Assembly: GCA_000708835.1 (NCBI GenBank)
Contig: DF236987.1
Coordinates: forward strand, 1-64,000
Source of the DNA: Klebsormidium nitens
Taxonomy: Eukaryota > Plantae > Klebsormidiophyceae
Reading direction: 5' to 3'
DNA length: 64,000 nt
Shown here: one piece after another, positions 1 through 15,877 of the stretch
Layout of the letters: the number at the start of each line of letters is the position of its first letter
Numbering within the stretch: the first letter of the stretch is position 1
Notes under the pieces: generated by a model
Told to the model about the DNA's origin: nothing
Database searches by the model: none
The model's input: only the letters and a program-made list of their open reading frames with translations
Made by a program: the position numbers and the translations under genes

Positions 1-62
1 AACATTCACCCGCTTTCCCCACTTGAGCTTTCTTCTCAATCGACATACCGCGGCTCGTTGGA

Positions 63-113
63 CCCTAAAACCCTAAAACCCTAAAAACCTAAAAACCCTA
101 AAACCTCTTAAAA
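63..113 (+). repeat. Short degenerate telomere-type array (CCCTAAAA)n, i.e. TTTTAGGG; also three perfect telo-boxes (AAACCCTA) about 250-300 nt upstream of the MetAP2 ATG
   Basis: CCCTAAAA at 63-70, 71-78 and 96-103, with variant units at 79-87, 88-95 and 104-113. AAACCCTA at 68-75, 76-83 and 93-100. Non-telomeric sequence lies to the left (1-62). Confidence 0.85.
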
Positions 114-366
114 CACAAACTTTGGTGATTTGTCCGCCTGTTGTACTGCCCGTTTGCTAGTATATATACTTGCAAGCTAGAAGTCTAAGCTCAAGAGGAA
201 GCTCGCCAGAACTGGAGTCAGTTACTGAGTCACTGAAAGAGCAACAAGAACTGAAAGGTAGAGGCGTCTGAAGAAGCATTGCCAGTGCATCCAAATTGGC
301 AGTCAAGTTGAGTCAGGCGGCAAGTTGTTCGTCTGGCGTGCCACCATGATAGCTGCAAACTCTACC

Positions 367-4134
<3,768 letters not shown>

Positions 4135-4479
4135 TCGAAATTGTCTGGTTTCGAGCGGGTTTCGGCGTTTGTTTAGAAAGAACCTGATTCTCGCATGCCC
4201 CTTTTTTCTCCAATCCAGGCTAACTGACAGCATGTACTCTTATAAAAAGTTTCAGAGGCGTATTCATCTAAAGCATTAGATATGTATGCGCGAAGGTGGC
4301 CACTTGATTCTGGACAAACAAGGTGGCAACTGATCGGCTACTTCCCTGATCAAAGTGTACTGTCACTTTTTTCCCTCTCTGTGGCGACTTCCAAAGCGCT
4401 AAATGATGTTCATATCCTTACCGCGTCGATCTAATATGAGAGTGGCCAGCTTGGTATCGATCTAGCTATACATTGCTAA

Positions 4480-5330
4480 GAACGTACTCTAATTACTAAG
4501 CATCACCGTGTTTATACAAGGCCATGCACAAACTAAGTAGGCTCCGACCGAATCTTTCCCAAGTTCGTTGTGCCTGAATCAATCTCAGCCGGCCGGGCCC
4601 GACCCTTCAATCCCAGGCACTAGCTTGACTTAGTGAGTGACCAGCCCGTGCATTAAGTTAGTGTGCCGGAACTAATAAGGGCCAGGCGCTCGACGTCGGA
4701 CTCACATGTGTGCACATATATGCACTGACCGTCATGACCATGGCATGCACGCGCAGCCCAGCTAGTGACTCGAATCTGCTATACAGTATAGTTTATAGTT
4801 ATATTTATACAAATATATGTACCCGGTCCGGTCGCCGTGTAGTAACAAATATATTGTCGGCCAAGTTCGCATGGTCAGATATAAACAACGTCCGATCTGA
4901 CATTAATCATTCGATCATGATCATGATATCGATGCATGTGCAAAGCTCAGGACGTAATGATAACGGGGCCGGATTGTGGCCGCCCGGGCGTAGTCTTAAA
5001 TTGTTGAGGCCGGTGCATGCGTGCGCACACGCTATGGCAGTGGCATTCAATATGGTTTGCCAAAGAATTACATCGATATGTAAGCTGTTGCGCTGCACAC
5101 TCCATTGGTGACGTTGACGGACCGAACGTATATGGCAAGAGTCCCTTCAAAAACTATGCAATTAAGCCCGGCCCCGTGATACTTACCCCGCAATTTAGTA
5201 AAAGTGCGTTCAGTACTTTGGAAGTTGCATGAAATCAGATTAGACGGCGACGCCTCATGATTGGCGCGGCCGCAGCTAGCCGGTCTGAACATGGAATCCG
5301 TGCATAACAAACTCAAATCGACCCCACTCT
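4480..5330. other. Convergent-junction spacer block 1 (RY-alternating tracts plus GGCC/CCGG islands); boundaries approximate
   Basis: 23-nt perfect purine/pyrimidine alternation at 4703-4725 and 20-nt at 5013-5032. GC islands near 4590, 4825, 4975, 5168 and 5268. No credible ORF. Confidence 0.7.
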
Positions 5331-5517
5331 AAACTTCAACCTCTTCTTCACGTCAATTTGCATCATGATAAAGAGATCCGGCGTTCGTGTAGATTCGTTG
5401 TTTAGGCCCCAGCGACTTGCTTTCCATCGCTTGAGAACATATACTAAAGTTCGCAGCCGCTGCGTGTGCTCTTATAAGCTAGCAGATATCACTTTGAGAC
5501 TTTGACGGTGGCCGTTC

Positions 5518-8500
5518 CTACTCGTCTTCCTCCTCTTCCTCTTCCTCTCCCTCGTCGTCCTCGTCCCCTTCCTCGCCGTCGTCCTCGCCTTCCTCGCCCT
5601 CCTCCCCGGTCGGGCTCTCGGGCACCTCGGGCTCCGGCTTGGGCGGCAGCTCGTTGGACTCAGCCAGGGCGGGCTCACCCTCGGCGGGCTCGTATTCTGT
5701 TTGCACGACGGGGGGCGAGGCCGGGCTGTAGGGTGCGTTCTTCACGCCCCAGCCGATGTAGATGTTGGAGAAGCCGGAAGGGGTGGCGATGGCATAAGCG
5801 CCGGGCCACAGGAGGGACCGGATACACGCCACCTGAAGGACGTAAGGAAAATCAACAAATGAATGCCATCGACTTCGCATCAAGCTTCGAGTGAGCAGCC
5901 CTGCAAAGGGAATTCCATTAGTCCTTCGAAATCGCTCTCGACAGTTTCCTTGAGAAGCATCGTCGATCTTCACGGTTCCCACGCATCACGTCCCTAGTCG
6001 AGACGCTGCGGCTGACCTTGTGCTTGAGCCCGGGTATGTCCGAGCTGAGCGCGGCCGCCCAGGGCTTCCCCCCGGCCGGCAGCTCCGCGTCGTTGTCCAG
6101 CGTGGTGAGCGGCGCGGGCCCCTCCTCCGCCTCCTCCTCGCTCGGCTGCCGCTCCTCCTCCTCGCCCTCCTCCGCGTCCTCCGCCGGCGGGGCCACCCAC
6201 ACCGCGCACCGCCCCTGCCAACACACACAGCACCGTCAGACTCGTCAGAGTTCAGCCGTGATGGTCGGCCTGTAAATGTCCGATTGAGGCATTCTGAACT
6301 GATCGCCAATGGCCGGTGTGAACAAGTGGCACCACATTTTGGTGGTTCTCTCTCGTCTTGGACGCCTTTGTTTCATACTTGCCATTCTGAAAGCGCAAGC
6401 GCTTCCGTTGCTGCAGAGTAACCTGACAAGGCGGCCTCTCTTAATCGTGGAAACCGTTGCATTAGATTCGCTTGTAATGCCGTTTTGCTGCATGTATTGT
6501 GAGGCTGGAGACGGTGTGAGGCTGGAGACGGCAGTCCAATGAAACGGTCTTAAGGCGTTATACCTGCCTTGAGTTTTTGCGTTCGGGTTTCCCATGTCTT
6601 GGCGACGTTTTCTGCTGCATGGCCGTCACGTCTGCACGGGTTGTTTTGAGCCCGCTGCCAGGCGGCTGCCCTGCCGGCCAGCGGTGTTGCGGGTGCGCAC
6701 CTGTTTCTTGATGTGTGGCGTCCTGTGCGCCCAGGCCTCGAGCGCTGCCGCGTCGGCCGCGGCGGGCGCCACGAACTCGTCGTTCTTCTCGAGGCCGGCG
6801 TCCTCCTCGCCGACCGTGAAGTAGCCCGCGGGGCACACCACCGTGCTGCCCGCAATGCGCGCCAGCTGCGCGCGCAAAAAGTGGGCCTCCACGCCGGGGA
6901 AAGGCGGGTACGCGGACACCTCCGCCTAGGGAGACACGAGCAGGAGGAACGGGTGAGATAGAGAATGGAGGACGGACTCTAGTAGGCAGAGCTGATGGTC
7001 AGCGAAGGATTCCTTCCTATGGCAGCTTTCAAACGGTCTTCTGGTAGAGGAAAGCCTTCCGCAGGATATCGGCAATTGATACCACTACAAACGACAGCCG
7101 CTTAGCCACTTCGCTTCACTTCACTGCCAGTGCAGCCAGTGCTTCTGGCACGGTACGAAAGAACCGTGCGTCGTACTATCGAAGTGACACTCCAAGCATG
7201 CACTCAAGCGCCGCTCCAGCGTAGACAGCGTAGAGCGGCCCTGACCTGAAGGTTGCCCGTGAGGAACTTTTTAATGCTGCGGGCCGTCTTGACCTGCAGC
7301 GGCGTCACGTCCGGCAACCGCGTCAGCGGGCCCCCCAGCCGCGTGGTGACCCAGTAGACGCACGCGTTGGCCCCGCTGCGCTCCTCCGGCGGCACGCCGT
7401 CCTGGGGGCGGCCCCACATTACAGCAGCCTCCGCGGCCACAGCCTCCTCCGATTTCTGCACGGGCAGAGACCGGGGGGTGAGAGAGGTGAGAGGGCAGCC
7501 GTCAGGGGTTGCGCAGGATGCCAAAGTGCCTAAAATCGTTCGTAAGTCGATTCAAAATGCTGTTGGAATTGACGTTGGTACATCCGAGGCCTCCACACTC
7601 TGACTGCGCTGTCCTGTGCTGTTCTCACTGTTACAACAGGCTCATCTCAGCATACTGGCCGGACCTTTTCTTCATCAGCACTTCTTCCAATCAAAACATA
7701 AGATCGGCCTAGTGAGGAGACTTCGAAGTCTCGTGCTCATCCTCACTGTACTTCGAAGCAGCACTACGAGACCCCGAACAATCTATTTCGGGAAATGGGG
7801 TTATATTTCTGGTACTGTTGTGCTAGTGTACCAATGCAGTTTTGCAGACTCGTGCCTCAACAAGCTCGCCATTGAAACACAGAGTAGTTCTGCTGCTACT
7901 CTCCATCAAGCAGTGCCTTCTGAGAAGGAAGGAGTCCCCGGCCGTGTGCGCACCTCTTCCTCCTCGCCCTTGGGCGTGCTCTCAAAGACGTAGTAGTTGG
8001 CGGTGGTCCCGAAAAGCTTGCCAAAGAAGCGCACGCTGGCGCAGTTCTTGGCCGGGTCCTGCCCCAGCTTGTGCAGTGCCAGCGCCACGCGGTGCATCTC
8101 GCCTGCGCCCAGCCCCACCCCGCATGCTGCGTACAGGCTGGCGTCCAGCAGCACGTCCTCCGCGTCATACTCGTTCAGCGGCTCAGCCTCCTCCGCCTCG
8201 CCCGTCTCAGCGTTAATGGCCGGCTCGGGAGTGCTGCAACCAGGACAGATTTGTAGCTGCTCAGTGCCGGTCTCATACCCAACTTGCCGCACCACAAGGG
8301 TCCAGTCCCTAGCTCAGAGATCGTGTGCCCCAGTCGTAGGTGGTATACTGCAGTCTGGCAAGACATGACTCAGAGGAGAGGAGATGGGACTTGCAGAGCT
8401 GGCGAAAACTTGACATGACAGTTCGAGTTCTAAATCCGTGGGCTGGAGAGCCAAGCTGGTCAATTTGGCGGCCCCAGTGGCTTGCGCTCGTTTGTATACG

Positions 8501-9474
8501 AGCTTAGCCCACTTGATTGAGATCCTTGAGGATGGACGCGCTGCTCCCAGGCACATTTGCGGGCAGTGCGAGGGGCCAGCAGGGAGCAGCCTACCTGTAG
8601 AGCTGCAGGGTAGCCGTGGCCGCTGCGATTGAGGTCGCATCGGGGCTGCTTTTCTTGGGTGCAGTCTCCTTGATTGAAGGCGGTGCCGTCTTCTTAACCA
8701 GCAGGCTGGTCTCCAGAATGTCTACCGCGTTGGCGGGCCGCTCCTCCAGGATCTGCAAGAATCCATATAGCTTAGGAACATGCGTAGCTGCACACCAGGA
8801 TGAAGCATGAGGACCACTCGGGTGGGGCTTAGACCTGACCCACAATTGTAGGGCCCCGCTTGTAATGCTGAATTGGTGAAGGTAAACCATATCTAGTGCA
8901 GGGCTTGAGGAACCATGTTCGACCTACTCACATTGTCAAAGGCCAGTGAGCCAGCGCCTAATGTTAGTTTCACCTGCTTTCCAGAAAGCCAGACATGCAT
9001 TCCTAATCCTAGCCAATCAGGTGCTCTAGCTAAATGACCCTTTGCGACTCTTGCTCAGCAACGTGCATTTTATAGGACTTAAACCTATTGTGCGACTGGT
9101 GACAACGTTCTCTGCAGCTAAACCATGGCTGGATAACTTGTGGCCTTGCAGAGCCCCTCCAAAGCAAGCTCCAGCCTTGAGCACTCAGCTCACAGGAGTC
9201 ACAGGAAGCCTAAGCTATGATGTACTGTGGTTCGGTAACTTGTCACACCCTCATGGACATCAAATGATTTGACGTTTGGAGCTCAGTTAGATAGTCAGAC
9301 TCTGATTGCCCATGATCCGAGAACGTGCAGGCTTCTGCCACTTGCGCTCTGCAATGTTTGACTCACCCTGTGCACCACGGAGGTGAGGTGGTCGAACACG
9401 CTGGAGCCCGCTGTGCTGCTGCTTTTCTGCAGGAACGCCACTGCCTCGTCCACGCTGCCTGCAGCGGGAGCCAT
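5518..9474 (-). CDS. RSP4/6: Flagellar radial spoke head protein 4/6 (RSPH4/6 family), 7 exons
   Basis: Exons 9474-9367, 8752-8595, 8233-7954, 7455-7246, 6925-6701, 6214-6017, 5832-5518. Motifs SVFDHLTSVVHR-ILEERPANAVDILETSLLVKK, VRFFGKLFG, EERSGANACVYWV, RSLLWPGAYA, FSNIYIGWG and an acidic tail. A probable 5' UTR intron acceptor lies near 9504. Confidence 0.93.
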
Positions 9475-10631
9475 GCTTGGGGCGACCAGGGCAGCTGTGG
9501 CCCCTGTCAACGGAAGCAGTCACTTTACGAGCTAAAGAGAGCACGAGCGAAGGGAAAGCTGCCCACTTAGTGCTGCGCCCTCCACAGTCTTCCTGACGAT
9601 TCAAATGTCGCACGTCGACAATGTGCAAACTGCATCAGTGGGAAGGAGAGCAAGATCGTCATTTGAGATCTTTGTGATGAACATGGTAAAAGGACACCAA
9701 GGACTATGCCTCAACCTGCTGCGGCCTTTCCCTGCAGGCAAGCTAGCAACAATAGCACGATGACAAACACTGGATACAACAGTAGGTCAGAAGGTACTGG
9801 TACCTGGGTAGAGTCTTTGATTGCTGGGGAGAGCTCAGAGAAGCACAGTACATTTTCAAGTACCTACTTGGTACAGTACGCGTTCAGAAGATAACGGTTC
9901 CTCGGAGATGATTTGGGTTTCAATAGAAATTCCGCCTTAAACAAGCGCTGTCGCCGTAGAGGACTCTCTCCGCGCGCGAGCAGTTTTGCTGGTCATGTGC
10001 AAGGGCAGAATCAACAAATGAATGGGAATACGCCGGAAGTACACGTCCTGAACTTGAGCATGGCGGAACTTGGCAGAACCGTGCATCTGGCATTGAGTCG
10101 ACTGAATTGATCTCCAGTTCCTCAAAAGCCGGGTTCGCCACAGATATTCCCGCCCCATGCATAGAACATGGGCTGATTTCATATGCAGCGACAACCATTG
10201 CACCAGGCTGCATCTCGATGAATAAGCCGGCCGACCATTGGCAGATGTTGACCAACGTGTCTGATTACACGTTCATAACGTAATTCGCTGGTTGATTAGC
10301 ATTTTTCCAGCAAGCTCCTGCTTGCCTGGTTTGATGCAACAAGCAGAACGATTGCAACACAGCATTGCCACTTTTCAGCCTTCACGATTGTTTCTATACA
10401 AGCCCGCAACTGTTTTGGGAACGCTCTTTTTCGAAACTTGGACAATAACGTAGATCACAGTCGCAGATCTGTCAATCCTATGTTCTGAACACTGTGGGCA
10501 TGAACTAGAGTCTTGCAGTCGTGCTCCTAAGTTGTCTGGAGAATGCTTCCAAGGTGCCGCCTGGAAGCGAAATCAGTGTGTCCAGTACAGCATTGCCCCC
10601 ATCGGCACTGCAGAGCCGCCTGCGTGCGGTG

Positions 10632-13600
10632 ATGGGGTCCAGCCTGGCAGTGGCGGGGGGCCCTGCAGCGGGGCCCCACGAGGCCCACAAGCTGCACATC
10701 CTGGCACACACAGCACGGCCGCTGCCCAGCCCGCACAGCCCCACCAGAGTGACCAGGGCCTTTGGCAAGCTCAACTTCCACAAGATCGTGAGAACGCTCG
10801 TCAAACCGTGGGCCATGTTGCATGTTGCAGACCAGAGTGCATAAACATCTCACAATGATGCTGCTCAAGATCTGGCCCTTGCCCTCCACGAACCGGCAGC
10901 TGGAGATCTCACGTAATCTGGTGCTTCCATTGCAATGCAAACCGTTGACTATACATGAGAAGACTCACTCAGACGTCTGGAGTTGGGTTTTTGCCTGCCT
11001 GCTTTCTCTGCCTCACCTCCTCATCAGGTTCGAAGGCTTCCTCACTCAGCCGGGGCCGTGCCCCGCCTTCATGGGCCTTTGCCACCTCCTGTATCTTTCA
11101 TCTAGAGTTGCACGTTTTCAAAATTGAGTTTTGTTCCCCCTCTGCCCGCAGGCCGAGCTGCTGCACAGCAGCGACCTGGCGGTGCGCCAGAAGGCCACCA
11201 AGGCTGCTAGCGAGCTGCTGGCCACTGCGGAGAGCAGGGCCGAGTGCCTCGCCATTCCAGGTGCGCATGCGGCCAGGCCCTTGCCGTCAGGATTATGCCT
11301 GCTTGTTGCTTTCGTGTTCTGCCGCCGTCAATCAGTGGGACTAGCATCCTAGCAATGAGCTCACAACAACTTCGTACCCGGTCAGCTACTTGCAACTTCG
11401 TCAACGTCTTCTACCACATATCTGAATTGAAAGTGTAAACGGCTACTTCCGGCCTGCCGCATCGTACTGGCTCACTAACTCACAGAGGCACTGGGCTCCA
11501 GCCGTTTTTTTGACTGAACAAGGTAAGAATTGCATTGCAGGCGTGACGGGCACGCTGGCGGGTGCGCTGGTGGATGGTGACCTGGTGGTGCGGCAGCAGG
11601 CGGCGCAGTGCATGGTGCACATTGCGGGCAGCCAGAAGGGCTGCGCCGACCTGTGCGACAATGGGGTTGTGCTCAAGCTGGTGGCCATGGTGAGGCCACG
11701 CACCACACTGCAAACGTCCCTTGATTCGTGTGATACAAGATGGTGGAGGAGGCACATAGTTGACAGGACCACCTCGGACTCGACTTTGAGAAAGTACACA
11801 GCCGGCCAGAGTGAGCCAGCTGCAAGTAGTAAAACATGAAAGGAGCAAAGACCTCGTGCCAACTTAGACGGCTAGAAGAATCGAGGGACATCAAAAGCCT
11901 CTACGCGCAACGGCTCATCTTGACGAACTTGCCGGTGCGATCCCTCCTCTGTAAAGTCCTTGCTTGTACTGATGTGTGAAGAGCCCTTTCCTTGTCTGCA
12001 GTTGACGGATGATGACGGGAAGATTCGAACAACTGCTTTTGAAGCGCTAGCAGCGGCTTCCAGCCAACCGAGAGGTAGGCGACCGTTGATACAGACTATA
12101 AACTGGGGTCAAATGTCTCGAATGGAGGTTTCGAAGGTCATGGGCATTGTACATGGTCGCTTCTCTGGTCATTTGTGCACCTCGAACCCCGATCCCGTTC
12201 TCGAAGAGTATTCCGCGCCCAAAATTGTTTGTTGAAAGACGAACTACGCTTCTTGTCTCGCCTCACCGAACCTCGTCCCTCGCGTGCAGTGCGTGAGATC
12301 CTGATCGGCGGTGGCTGGCTGGTGGGCTTGCTGGTGCAGCGCGCGGGCGTGGAGAGCGGGGAGCGGGCTCGGCATGCGGTCGAGATCCTGGTGCAGTGCG
12401 CGCAACACGCAACGCAGGGGGACGCGGCGCGGGAGCAGACTCTGGCGGCCAAGGGCGTGCCGGTGGCGGTCAAACTGCTGGGCAGCCCCGATGCGGCGCT
12501 CAGGGAGACGGCGGCACGGCTAGTTGCGCAGCTTGGGTGAGAGCCCCTAGCGGGCTTAATTTAATGCTGAACGGTCGAGAACGGGTCCGAGCCCGCATCG
12601 GCGCAACTGCTATCCATTTGTAAGAGAGCGGTCACACAGTGATGCGCACCACGTCCTTTCGATGGAGGCGCTAAGAGGCGCAAATGTAAGGGCTTGTTTC
12701 TTGCATCATGATGGCCGGACTATCTTTAAAACAAGGTTGCATGCGGACGGCAAAACGAATGACTCTCAAACGAGCAATAGCGCATGAGTCGAGGCTTTTC
12801 GTTCCTACTTGAAAGTATGATCGGATTAGTGTCGTTCCTCGCAACGTCAAGCTTCAAGATCCGAGTTCCGGCCCCATTTACGGAAGCAATGAAGCCGCTT
12901 AACGTCTTCCCAAAGCATGGTCAATCTTTTTTCAAGATATCCGTTTACGTCTCCTTCTCAGCAGACGAGCTGCCTTAATTTTCTTTGAGCTGTCCGCTTG
13001 TTGACAACTTTCCCTCATGCTCACGCCGCCGGCTGGCCCCCGCAGTGTGTCGGAGGGCGGCAAGGCGGCATGTGTGGCAGGAGGGGCGATGCCGCCTCTG
13101 GTGGTGGCGCTGCAGGACAGCAGCGTCAGGATGCGCACCGCGGCCGCGAGCGCGCTCATGAGGTGAGGCACGTCGAGCAGCATGGGACTACGTCCGGCCC
13201 GAACACGCTCCTGAGGAACCCCGCCCGCCAATTATCATGGGCCAGGGCAACTGCAAGAGAAGGAAATTAGAATAGCGTTGTCCTGGTCCTCTCCGTGAGC
13301 GAGAAGCGGGCAAGTGCCGCCGTCGGGTAACGAATCAAGGTTGAGTTTCTTCTCGACCCAAGACAACGTTCAAGTTTCCAGAGATTCAGCTCGTGAACAA
13401 GATTGCTCCCACCGCCTCTGTCCTCGTGTTCACTCATGCATCTAGGAAAACCTGTACTAAAACTACATCACGTCTGTTACCTGATTGGTTCGACTTACGA
13501 ACCGTCGGCCGCTCGGCGCAAAGCCCCTCTCATAGCACTGACGCGTGCTGTGTTTTGCGTGCCCAGCCTGACGGTTCCCTTGGTGGGCAAGGAGGCCTTC

Positions 13601-14284
13601 GTGGCGGCGGGCGGCCTGGCGCACCTGCCGCCGCTGCTGGACGACAAACAAGGCACGCTCTGCCTGCACACCCTGCAGGTCAGCCACGCCCCGGACTCCC
13701 AGAGAACTCAGGGAAACGCGATACACGGAGCGACTCGAGCGCCCGTCTACAGATAATGGGGCCCGGATCAATCTGGAAATCTAGGACTGTCCTGTAAGCA
13801 AGATGAAACCCTGCGAAAAAGTTTGTCACGTAAACGTCAGAGCGTTGAAGTAAACGTGCTTATAATCTCTCGTCCCGAGCAAACCTAAAACGGTCAAGAA
13901 TTTGGTATCAAAAGCCAAAGTTCGCCATCCTCGCACGTTCACTTTTACCATAAAAGGAAGGACATCCTGAGGCTTTTAAAGGACAATGTCAAGCCGCCAG
14001 ACCGAAGTGGTTCGTAGCAGGGAAAACTTTTGGTCAAGGCTTTTTGGGTACATGGAGAAGCAAGTTCAAGCGCCTCACAGGTGATCTTTGTGTCCCCTCA
14101 CTTCTCCCTTTCTGTGTGCTGTGTGCAGCTGATCGCGAACCTGGCGGAGCTGCCGGCCGCCCGCGCGGGGCTGCGCGGCGCGCTGCCGGTGCTGGAGCGC
14201 ATCGCCGCGGGCAGCGGGAGCGGCATCCACAAACGGTTTGCAGCGCAGGCCGTGCAGCAGGTCACCTTCCAGCACGCAGGCTAG
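10632..14284 (+). CDS. RSP14: Armadillo-repeat radial spoke protein 14 (RSPH14/RTDR1 family), 8 exons
   Basis: Exons 10632-10787, 11152-11260, 11541-11689, 12002-12074, 12290-12537, 13046-13162, 13567-13678, 14129-14284. N-terminal HILAH..P..PTRVTRAFGK, ARM/HEAT-like repeats and C-terminal LIANLAELPAAR...KRFAAQAVQQVTF match recalled Chlamydomonas RSP14. Confidence 0.85.
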
Positions 14285-14789
14285 CCCAGCCGCACCGCGC
14301 GCGCATCGCTCGCTGTTAACGACGTTGGCAGATTGTGGGTACGTAGATCAGATTTAAGGAACAGCTCTTAGCACAGGTGGAGGAAAAATGCGGGTCCGTT
14401 TTGTAGCAGCTCGTCGTACCACTGTACATAAACCGTCATCGGCAACCAAGTGTATTGGAGTCCGCTAGATGCAATTGGAATACTGCAAGTTAGGTTGTTT
14501 TAGGGACTGTAAGCTTGTTGATCCTAAAGAGAGACTCGGACTTTCGGATGCTCGATTGAACTAATGGAGGCGTTGCAGCGTCGTCATTAGGAACATGTGC
14601 AGCGGCCTTCGCACAGCATGAAATGCCTGAAGTTATCAAATGACTGAAAGTCATCTTTCGGACTACGGACAGGATATCTCAGTGACCCTGCTACGTGCAC
14701 ACCACTGCTGTATAGCTGGCCAGGCAACATTGTATAACTCCAGAATCTGTCAACGAGTGCAGTGATAAACGAATGCGGGTTAGTGGAAT

Positions 14790-15790
14790 ATTTCCGATCA
14801 ACTGCCTCAATACTTACATAATAACATGGACGGTTGCGCTAGCCCCGCCTGGCCCTGTGGGCGTGCTTGTATAGAGAGTCCGATCTCAATGCGACCGACG
14901 GTTAGTGAGTCACTCCGGATGAATCCGATGCACTTGATGATGCAGGCGCCCAGCTCAGCTAGGGGCGATCCATATGCCGTCATGCATTGTATATCCTATC
15001 AACCGTGGGATTACCGTCGGCCGGCGGGCCGCGGGCCCCGGGCCGACCACCTTATAGTCACGATCACTAGGATATGCTTAAACGCGTATATACGGCGTAT
15101 CCTCTTGATTCTTTCAAACGACTAAGCTATCGCATCATGCATGCATTGCACCTCCCGCGGTCCATAATCAGGCCCGCGGCCGGGCAAACCCTGTCCTTTT
15201 TTACCACTTCTAGCTTATAAGGTCCGGAATTGGTGTACGTACATATAGATACAATCAAAACCTTGGCGATGGGCTTGAAAAACGGGCGCGGCCGCCCGAG
15301 TTACCGCTCGAAGTGAGCCCTTATGCATACGCATATATGGTTGGATTACTTCAGGCTCGCGAACTAGCAAGCGCTGTGTTGCTCATGATCGCAGTTGATT
15401 TGTACGGTAATCAAGCACCTTATAAACTCACTTTTTGGTGCGACCCAGTACCGCGGCCCAGTATGGTACCAGTATGTGACAGTTGTTCGAGTCGGAGTGG
15501 CGGGGAATGGGATATGCATGCTTGTGGATCCACACTTGGATTTTACAATTCCGACCAGTCCAGCCTCGCATGGATCGGATCACAACAAGCAGGTTGCCGC
15601 AGAAGTGCCGTCTGAGATTGCAAGACACAATTTGTCGCCAAATTGCCAGTGCATCGGGTTGGTTACCACAAGCGTCCATTGTCAATGGGACGCTTAACAC
15701 GGTTGAATTCAACCAGGTGTGACGCAATGGTTGGGGAGATCAAGGAGTCTGGTCAATCTGCATGCGCGTGCTTTGATCATGGCCACAGCT
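14790..15790. other. Convergent-junction spacer block 2; boundaries approximate
   Basis: RY tracts at 15233-15247 (15 nt) and 15322-15339 (18 nt). GC islands at 15018-15048, 15170-15185 and 15284-15299. Confidence 0.7.
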
Positions 15791-15877
15791 CAGCTCGCTA
15801 ACTACACCTCTTTTGACAATGTTCCGCATTGCGAAAAGAAGACCTGCCCAAGCCCCGTGGCACGTCGAGGTGCTGCG

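Noticed and set aside
63-113. A true chromosome end (telomere)
   Set aside because: The array is only about 50 nt, degenerate, and has unique sequence on both sides.
4480-5330. Spacer blocks as synthetic polylinker or vector contamination (NotI, SphI, NsiI, ClaI, EcoRV-like sites)
   Set aside because: The sites are scattered in non-repeating context across five separate loci, with no vector, origin or marker sequence.
6499-6531. 16-bp direct repeat GTGAGGCTGGAGACGG x2 in an RSP4/6 intron (also CTGAAAGATC x2 at 19532-19554 and (ATGCCA)3 at 20027-20047)
   Set aside because: These are simple local slippage duplications with no further structure.
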